A DNA stretch of 64,000 nucleotides from Azolla caroliniana (Eukaryota > Plantae > Polypodiophyta), in NCBI GenBank assembly GCA_043228905.1, contig JBHGNT010000002.1, positions 15,686,001-15,750,000 on the forward strand, read 5' to 3'. Positions 55,201 through 64,000 of this stretch are shown here, one piece after another. The number at the start of each line of letters is the position of its first letter. Within the stretch, counting starts at the first letter, position 1. Position numbers and translations under genes: made by a program. The notes under the pieces were generated by a model that ran no database searches, was not told the DNA's origin, and saw nothing but the letters and a program-made list of their open reading frames with translations.

Positions 55201-58200
55201 AAACAGGAATCGTGGTCGCCAAAAACTGTGTTAACTCTTCGGACCGGACAATGGCCTAACACAGGGTGTCTACGTGAGACACTTCACCAAAGGGTGTTAC
55301 GGCAACCGGATTAGACTTCAACGCTTAATCCGACTTAGTTAAGTTACTTATTAGGATCGTCTTCATAACACGCGTAAGATATACAATTAAGACAAAACGG
55401 CAATTGACACAGAGATATAACAACGCTTAAGCTTTCATTAATTAACCGCTAACTATTACATTGTATCCGGGCCTTTAAATAGGTTTCCGGTCTGTATTAC
55501 AAAACGGTGCCATCCGCACCTGTTCGGGATCGGGCCGGATCCGGAATGGCATACCGATTCCGGTCCGTCCGTCCACACTCATAGCTTAATTACAACCACA
55601 TTCCTACTACTTAATTAGCTCTCCGTTTCCCACTCTGGATTCCTTTGCCGGCCGGTAACACTTACTCGTACCGGCCCGTTCCTGTGTCAGTACCCAGACT
55701 TTGGTTTTCCCTCGTCAGAAAGGTATCACATTCCTCTGCTAATTCTACTTAATGTGCGTTGTTTTCAACCATGGTCTTCCCAATAATAAGGGGTATGCCC
55801 CCGATGCGTTGAGCTGCAATACCACCATGGAAATTTAGAATGTATGACCCCCAATAGTGATGTCGAGATTCCGGAAGAGTCTGGTTGGCCGGATCGAGTT
55901 AGTGTCTACCATACGTAGCCAGAATGGGCAAGGCTGGATGCCCAGCGTGTCAGAAGTCCATCGGCTGATTACATTCACGCCAAATCCTCTGTCAGTAATC
56001 ATTCCTGGTAGCTCAATTCCCTTGATAATAACTGTTACTATCAGACTACTCGTGTCTACCACGGCCAACCCTTCCTCCGGATTGGAGAAAAATGTTGGTG
56101 CCGACACCATATTTTGTGGTGATAATGTCGTCTTTAACCCTTTAGTAAATCTAGGAATGAGCTACAAAAGTTGGCCCAGTGGCAACATAATCTGAGATTG
56201 TTGTAAAGCTTGCCATGCTAGGTCGCTCTCCGTGCTCCCAATCGATTCTTCCGGGGATTTTCCTGTTCTTTTAATTCTTCCACATTCCTTTGGTTGGCCT
56301 GTTGTATCCATTTTGTGGCGTGCTTCCAGATTGCTTCCTATGTCTCCCATTCCGCAATTTTCCCTTTTTACCGGGTGGTGACTTGTTGTACATCCATGAC
56401 GTTGGCGGTCAGCATGTTAACTGTCAGTTGTTTCTTCTTGGCTTTTTCTAGGCATTGAATATTGTAATGGCCTTCCTTCCAACAATACTAATAGTATAGT
56501 TTCCAGATACCGCTCGATTCTAGCTTCTCTGCATTACCCGGTTGGATACTTGAAGCAATCCTATTGGTATCATCTGGCCTTCGCTGCTTCGGCTATGGGA
56601 CTGACAGATTTGTGTTCTGCTCCCGACGGTATTCCCTGGCCGTCTCTCGACGCTCATTCCGCCGGAAATTCCCTCTATGGTTATTTGGGTATCGTCGGTT
56701 GTTGTGGCAGTTCCAAGTATTGTCTTTCATCTCTCCTCCAGTCATAATCCAAAGAGTAATCCCTTTCGTAGCAGTCCCAGTCATAATCTTCTCGTCGTCT
56801 ATCATCATAGTGGTAACCGTGTTCCGGTTGGTATCGATCATCTCCCAAGAACTAGTCCTCGTCCGGTCGTCGCTCACCCTGGGGCTCAATGTGTGGGACT
56901 AGTACTGCATAGATTGTACTCACACCCCTCCATGGTGTGTGACTGGGAGTGACACATCATGCACTCGGTCGGCATTGTACATTGCAATGTGGAGTGGTCG
57001 GGGTGGAGACATGTTGTGCACTGAACTGCCTCCCAAAATCGCAAATCTTCTTCTCTAGACCGCGCTCGTTGTAGGGCCCCTATCGCCATGTAATTACTGT
57101 TTTGGGCCTTATCCATTTCTCGCACCCGGTCGATGACTTCATTAATGGTTATGGTCCTAAAGTGAAGCAACGAGTCTCGGACCGCAGCCAAAAAGACTTC
57201 TTTTGCCTCCTCCTCTAGAGGTGCCCTTGTAAGCTGACTATGTAGTGTCTGAAATCGGATGATGATATGTGGGATTGCCTCGTTGGGTTCTTGATATAGC
57301 ATATAAAATTGTCCGACGAGCTCCCTCTGCTCCACTTGTTGGTGAAACAGTCGCAGAAATTTATCCCACAGGGCTTGAAACGTGACGAAGCTACCCAAAA
57401 CATGCTTTGCATGCCATCTTGTCGCCAGTCCTTCCAGGATCATGCTGAATTCCGCAATTTTTTATCGCTCTACTTCTACTTCCGTTTGTTGTTGTGAAAC
57501 ATGGTTGGCTTCCCTTGTTTGCAAAAAGGCGTCCATGTATGCTTCTGCATTTGGTTCATCTTTGTATTTGGGGTACGTGTACAACATCTTGTTGTCATCT
57601 ACCGGCCATTCCGGTGGTGGCGTCAGTACGCAATCATCCTTCATCTCCGATTGTTGGTCCAGTGGTGGTGTCGGTATGCAATCGTCCGTCTTCCCCAATT
57701 GCCGGTCCGGTGGTGGCATCGATATGCGATCATTCACTTTTTCTAGTTGTTATTCCGGATTCTCCTCGTGTGCCGGTGGTGTTGATATTATCGTTTCTGA
57801 CGCCGGTGTCGGTGTGTGCTCAGATCCATGCTCCTCCGGTTCGTACGGAGTATCATGACTAGAACGGTGGTTGGAGTGGACATTGTGTTCCCTGTCCGAC
57901 TTCGACTCGAATTCTGAAAATGCTTTTGTGTCCCCGACACCTGTGGAGATTGTTTGTAGTATTGATTCTGTGTTGCGTAGAGGGCTCAAGCTATTGCCTT
58001 CGTTTGAATGTCACTGAACTTGCAACCGAACCGTCTCCATCTCTCTGGGAAAAGACCGATCCCATCGGATCTCCTTGACCGCCTGTTGGTAGGTCTCCCA
58101 CCTCCGTAGTCTCTTGGCTAGTCTTCTCGCTCGTTCGGTGATTAGGTAGTTCATTGGTCTAGTCATCCATTCCCCGTCATTCATTGTACTTTGCAGGAAT

Positions 58201-58584
58201 CGTGGTCGCCAAAACTGTGTATACTTTGGGCTGGACTTAGCCTCAAACACAAGGTGTTCGTTTCGGAATACTTCTCCAAAGGTTTGGTTAAGGGATGGAT
58301 GTTATCGGACTATCCAATTCCGATCTGACTAATTCCGATTACGTTCCGGATTCTTAAGACACAATAGATTAGTTATAGCATACATAAGATAAACAATTGA
58401 AGCGTGGAATGACAAGCACACAGAGACACAATAGAATTAAAACCGAACACTAATCTCATATTACTTCTGTTAAACATTTACATCGATTCGGGATCCTTTT
58501 ATAGGCATCCGGTAGGAAATACAAAACGGTGCCTTACCGGCTACCGGCTATCAATCGGTGCGGATTCAGATCGGTACAACTATC

Positions 58585-61500
58585 GAGCTCCGAGACCTCA
58601 CATCCCATCGAACATGTCAGTGATGTCCTCCTGAGCCATGTCAGACAGAAGGGGAGACTAATGAACATCTTGCATGTCCCAACAATCACCAATAATTTGG
58701 TGTCGGTCAAACACATCATCGACCAAGGGATGCAGGTCCGGTTCACCCACCTTGGCTACTTCATCGAGAAAGAAGGTAAAACCATCGTGCAAGGGCTACG
58801 AGAAGAGAGGATGTTCATCCTCAACACAAACGACATCGGCAACAAAATGTTCACCAAGGGACAAAAATTTGAATCGGATATCGACTTGTGGCATAAGCGG
58901 ATTGGCCACGACAATTTCCAATGGCTCCAGGAGTTGCAAACGAAACAAGTTGTGTTCAGTTTGCCGAAGTTCAGTGGATCGAAGGCCCAAGTTTGTGATG
59001 CCTACCAACTAGGGAAGCAACAACGGCTTCCCTTCCCCAATGAGAGAAATCGGAGTCACAACAACCCCAACTTAATACACTCAGATGTGTGGGGATCGAC
59101 TCAGAATGTGAGCTTAAGCAGGAGTTGATATTTCGTCTCCTTCATCAACGACTATAGCCGACATACCTACATCTATCTCATAGACAAGAAGAGTGATGTC
59201 CTCCATTGTTTCCGGAACTTGAAAAGCTTAGTGGAAAGGAAAATGAAGAGAAAGATCAAGTGTCTGCGGTCAGATGGTGGAAAAGAATATTTTTCCGGCC
59301 AATTCAATTGTTATCTGCAACAAATGGGAATTTGGCGCGAATTATAGATATACGCTAAAGCAAAACGGCATAGCCAAGATGAAGAACTGGTCAATCATGG
59401 AAGCGGCACGAGCAATGCTGGAAGAGAAGAGCATGCCCAAAATTTACTGCACTAAAGCCATTTGAACTACAGTGTACATCCAAAATCGGATCGGAGAAAA
59501 GGTGTTAGCACATGAGCTGTATTTCAGCAACATTGCGTATGTGCATGTGCCGGATGAGAAGTAAACAAACCTAGACGCTAAAGCAGAGAAGTGCATCCTA
59601 GTTGGATACTCACATGAACAGAAGGGGTACAAGTGCTACAACCCCTAGACCAAATAGGTATGAGTGAGCCACAAGGTCGTTTTCGACGAATCAAAGTCTT
59701 GGTATTCTCTTCCGACTCCATACCAATTACTAAGGATGAGGCCAATGAGGTGGAGATGATTTAGGAAGAAGAAGAAGAAGACATCAGCATTCTAGAAGAG
59801 AGTCTGATTTCATTCCGGCTAAGTGGGCCAAATGAAGAGATGAGTCGGATTGACTAGATGATGAACAATGAAGACTCGACCGTGCAATACCCGCACAAGG
59901 AACCGAGGAAGCAATATACGCAAAAAGAGAAGGGGAAGATGAAGATGTCGGAGTACGACACAGACAAAGGTGCATTAGATTTAGGAGAATCTGACACCAA
60001 TATGAGTGAAAAGGAGCCTCAAGAGTTGAGGACAGATGCAACCAAGAGGGCCCTGAAATCAGCAAATGAGATGTTACACGGATCGAGTCACCACAAGAAC
60101 TTGGTGATCCCGTTTGGTTACAATGAATACATGGGGCACACTATGCGTACATGAAGAAAGTGGGAGAAGTTCGCAAGCCAGAAAGCTATGCAGAGGCATC
60201 ATAGGATGCGACATGGAGATCAACCATGGAGGAAGAAATACGGATACTTGATGCCAACAAGACATGGGACTTGGTTGATCTTCCTCGGCATTGCGAACCG
60301 ATGGGCTGCAAATGGGTGTACAAGGTAAAGTACAACACCGACAGTTCAGCCAATGGCGAAGATGGCAACAGTCTGTGTGGTAGTAGTGGTAGTAGTGGCA
60401 AGGGGTTGGCATCTCCACCAAATGGAAGTTAAGAATGTATTTCTTCAAGGCGACCTTGAAGAACTGGTATTTATGGTCCAACCCCTTGGTTTTCAGTCAG
60501 AGTTGAACAAGCCCCACAACCTCGGAACTCCAAAATCACGCAAAGGTTGCATAAGATGGGCTTTGCAGTTTCCAAATACTACTCCTCTTTGTTCATTCGG
60601 AAAGGTTCGTAGGGTCCGGTGTGCATATTTTTGTATGTGGACAACCTGGTCGTCACTGGCCTTGACCTTGCTGAAATTAGCCAAGTCAAGTCCCATGTGT
60701 CAAACACATTCGAAATGAAGGACCTAGGGAACCTTCAATTTTGGCATGACGGATTGCTGATCCGTCGCCAGTCCTCTTGACCGAAACCTGAAGCCTCGTC
60801 CTAACTTGGGAGCGGCCTGTGATAAGAAATGATTTTGGCAAATTGTCGGAAGCTTGATATACTTAATGATCACTCGATAGGATCTTAGCGATCCACCTGA
60901 TCTTAGCTATCTGGTCAGCGTGATAAGTCAATTCAATGTAGAGATTGATAGTCGAGAACCTTTAGTGTGCACATTGAATATTGTAATATGTAAGCAGCAT
61001 GAAGCATTGAGGACTGTTGTATCAACATGGCATAACCGAACAACTGGTTGGCTACATTGATGCCGATTGGGCCGAAGACACAACGGATCGATGCTCGATA
61101 TCAGGGTTCATGTTCTCTCTCGGAAGCGCGGATGTTGCATCGAACATTAAGAAGCAGCCGGCAATGGCCCTGTCGAACACCGAGGCTGAGTACCGAGGCG
61201 CCACCATGATGACATGTGAGGCTATATGGCTCAAGTGATTGTTGTAGGATCTACAAATCAAGGTTCCCATTTCGATTCTGATCTACTGTGACAACATCAC
61301 TAACATGTAGCTAGCCAAGAACCCGGTATTCCATGATCACACAAAGCACATAGAAGTGCATTATCACTTTGTGCACCAACAGGTCCTGACCGGTTAAGTC
61401 GAACTTCAGTATGTTCGATTTGATCGGTAGGTTGCCGACATTTTCACCAAGGTGCTCGGGTTGGACAAGTTGCAACACTTTTCGGAGATGTTTGGGGACA

Positions 61501-62233
61501 ACATCTTGACGTGCTGCACTTGAGGGAGGAGAGTCGTTAACAAGCCGGAGAAAGAACTAGCCGAAGACAAGAGGAGAGCCCAAGAAGAAGCCGACTCGAC
61601 CAAGGAAGACGAATTATCCGATAGAGCCGGAACAGGTGGCAAAGGCATCAGAGTAAAAAAGGACAGAGCCGAATGAAAGAAAAAGTCCAGGACCATGACA
61701 TGGTAGGATGTGGTCAAGGGCCTAAACAAGGAGAAAAAATTGGAGACAACCAATTCAGAGAAGAGCACGAATGAATCGGAGACAACCGATTCGGTCGAGA
61801 AGTTTGATTCGCGAAAGCCGCATCATATGAAGACTAGGCAATGAGAGGGCAGCCAAAGACAACACTGAAACGAAGGAGTAGATAGGTTCAGGGGTGCCAA
61901 TACCATGACAACGAGCGAGCTAAGAAAAGCCTGAAGAACAACCAAGCTGACCAAGGAGGTCGAAGAGAGCAGGACCGGAGGAGACAAGCTGGCAGGAGGA
62001 GCCGAGTCAAGGAACTGGCAGAGCAAAAGGAACCTCAAGTTGAGCTTGAGGGGGAGTGTTGAGAAGCAAGCTCAACATGGGTCGGATCGGATCGGCGAAC
62101 CGGATCAGTGGAGAGCCTAATCGGTGAGACGGATCCGCGGGGAGCCAGTAGGTTGTCAGAGGTCTACACTCCTCGTTTAGAGGTAGTTATAACATTAGGG
62201 TCCTACATTCCTATGCTAATAAATAGGAATATT
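58585..62233 (+). mobile_element. Degenerate Ty1/Copia 3: IN, RT, RNase H, 3' extension, PPT (about 62046-62056) and start of the 3' LTR (62057-62233)
   Basis: LWHKRIGH, LIHSDVWG, GCKWVYKVKY, GYIDADWA, SNTEAEY, KHIEVHYHF. Confidence 0.88.
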
Positions 62234-64000
62234 TGTTGGGAGACAGGTCCCTCCGGATGGGAAGAGAGAAGAACAGTGCCGGATGGGAAACGGTATGAGG
62301 AGTACCCGGCTACAGAGAGCCGGATGATACAGGCCCGGTGTGAACCGGATGAGTAGTACCTGGCTACGGAGAGCCGGATGGTGCAGGCCCGGTGTGAACC
62401 GGATGAGGAGTACCCGGCTACGGAGAGTCGGATGATGCAGAACCGGTGAGAACCGGAGGAAGAGACATATTCGTAAATATGTTTCTGAGAGCCCATCGAG
62501 GCTATATTTGTAAATAGCCGAAAAGTCATACTAGTATAAATATGACTTAGGGCAAACTTTTAGTGACAGTTGTCATTTTCTGTTTTGCACGAGATTAGTG
62601 TGCGTAACTGTACAGAGAGGGAGAGAGAGAGAAAGAGGTCGTTGCCTCTGTTGTAACCGCCGCCTGTGGCGAAGATTTGTGAGCACGAGGTCGGTGCCTC
62701 AGTGAACTCACTGTTGTATATTCCTACATAGTGACAGTTTGCAACCTGTGGGCTGTCCTGGTTTTTCCCCTAGTTTGGGGTTTTCCACATAAACCTCCTG
62801 TGTATTCTCTCCTTCTTTGTGTCGCGTTTTATTTCCCGTTTTCTGTGTATCATTCTAAGCTCGGTTGTGGCCGAGCGTTGCGCATAAGGAACGTTGGGTT
62901 CTCGTCAAGTGGTATCAGAGCAAAATCGACACAGAAAATGGACGAATCGGTTGGCGGCATGTTCAAGCTCACCGGCTCCAACTATTCAGTGTGGAAGTCG
63001 AAGATGAGGGACATGCTCGTTGTTAAAGACCTCTGGCTGCCGGTTCAGTTCGGGGACAAGAGACCGGACAAAATCGACGCCGCGATATGGCAGGTGATGC
63101 ACATGAAGACAACAGCGTACATACGGTGCTTCATCGACATGAGCCTGTACAACAACTTCAATGAAGAGAGCAAGGCTCATGAGCTTTGGGAGAAGATCGG
63201 CATAATGTTTCAAAACAAAAATGTTGTTAATCAGGTTTCGGTATTCCGGAAGCTAGTAAGACTCCGGTACCAAGATGGCTCCAGCATGGCGGAGCATATG
63301 AATGCCTTCCAGGGGCTGATACACCAGGCAACGTCATTGGAAGTACCTCTTGCCGATGAGGTATTAGCGCTACTCCTGCTCGGTTCCCTCCCGGATAGCT
63401 GGGAGACGTTGGTTGTCACTTTGGGCAACGCCGGGCCGGAAGGAAAACGGTTATCCCTAGCAAGAGTAAAGTCGAGCTTGCTAGATGAGGAGGTGCGTCG
63501 GAAAGACAAAGATACGAGCTCCGACTCCAAAGCGCTTCTTACCGAATCGGAACGCGGAAGACATAGAAACCGTAGTCCCCAGAACCGGGAGAAGTCGGGG
63601 ACACGGTCAAAGTCAAGGGGGAGGCCTACTTGCTTCTATTGCGGCAAGCCGGGACACTTCCAAAATAACTGTCGGCATTTTCGTAAAGACAAGGAAACTG
63701 ACGGTACCAATTCGAAGCAAACCTCGGACCGGAACGGTAAAGACCGGAACAGTAAAGACCGGAGGGGGCCGGACCGGAAGGGAACGACGGCAATCGCGGC
63801 AAGTGAAGAAGAGTTGATGCTCATCACCGAGGAGAGTGAAATAAACCTTGCCGGCGACGAGATGACCTGGGTGGTAGACTCCGGAGCGTCGTTCCACCTT
63901 ACCCCGGACCGGAAATGCTTCTCATCCTATTCAGCCGGTGATCACGGCTGTGTCCGGATGGGGAATGAAGGAACATGCCGAATTGTCGGCATAGGAGACG
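62234..64000 (+). mobile_element. Young Ty1/Copia 4 (Tnt1-like), 5' part, inserted in the 3' LTR of Copia 3
   Basis: LTR 62234-62907 related to the Copia 2 LTR; 3 x 54-bp repeats at 62297-62458; PBS TGGTATCAGAGC (tRNA-iMet) at 62910-62921. Confidence 0.9.
62938..64000 (+). CDS. gag: Copia 4 gag-protease, open to the window end (absent from the ORF track)
   Basis: MDESVGGMFKLTGSNYSVWKSKM..., CFYCGKPGHFQNNC, WVVDSGASFH. Confidence 0.9.
   Translation, partial: MDESVGGMFKLTGSNYSVWKSKMRDMLVVKDLWLPVQFGDKRPDKIDAAIWQVMHMKTTAYIRCFIDMSLYNNFNEESKAHELWEKIGIMFQNKNVVNQVSVFRKLVRLRYQDGSSMAEHMNAFQGLIHQATSLEVPLADEVLALLLLGSLPDSWETLVVTLGNAGPEGKRLSLARVKSSLLDEEVRRKDKDTSSDSKALLTESERGRHRNRSPQNREKSGTRSKSRGRPTCFYCGKPGHFQNNCRHFRKDKETDGTNSKQTSDRNGKDRNSKDRRGPDRKGTTAIAASEEELMLITEESEINLAGDEMTWVVDSGASFHLTPDRKCFSSYSAGDHGCVRMGNEGTCRIVGIGD

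Larger units (their letters stand above)
33882..55660 (-). mobile_element. Athila/Tat-like Gypsy element C2; hosts D1, D2 and the assembly gap
   Basis: Near-identical 432-bp LTRs 33882-34313 and 55229-55660; 5-bp TSD CTTAC at 33877-33881 and 55661-55665. Confidence 0.92.
31953..58580 (-). mobile_element. Old, deleted Athila/Tat-like Gypsy element E; hosts C2
   Basis: 3' LTR 31953-32432; truncated 5' LTR about 58219-58580; PBS; gag-PR relic 55666-58200; RT start 33080-33876; coiled-coil extra-ORF remnant 32693-33049. Confidence 0.8.

Overview
This is a eukaryotic (land-plant-like) repeat block with no host genes. It is almost entirely nested LTR retrotransposons. (1) Four full-length Ty3/Gypsy elements of a tRNA-Trp-primed, 4-bp-TSD group: A 380-7648 (+), B 8829-17256 (+), D1 36272-43340 (-), D2 43630-50705 (+), plus a split relic G. 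(2) Three copies of an Athila/Tat-like Gypsy group carrying an extra ORF 3' of pol: C1 <1-23159, C2 33882-55660, E 31953-~58580, all (-). C1 hosts A and B, C2 hosts D1 and D2, and E hosts C2. (3) Four Ty1/Copia elements or relics and several solo or partial LTRs. (4) A 100-N scaffold gap at 43370-43469 with a suspicious inverted flank. The most interesting signals are cis-acting. The Trp group conserves a predicted -1 ribosomal frameshift cassette (G-GAT-TTT, stop, H-type pseudoknot) placed between protease and RT, plus a covarying hairpin just before the PPT, a D-H-G protease motif and CCGG target sites. The LTR of A carries a tRNA-register Pol III-like unit. The C/E group lacks a PPT next to the 3' LTR and has a covarying stem-loop there instead. 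All alignments were done by eye, and lineage names are inferences.
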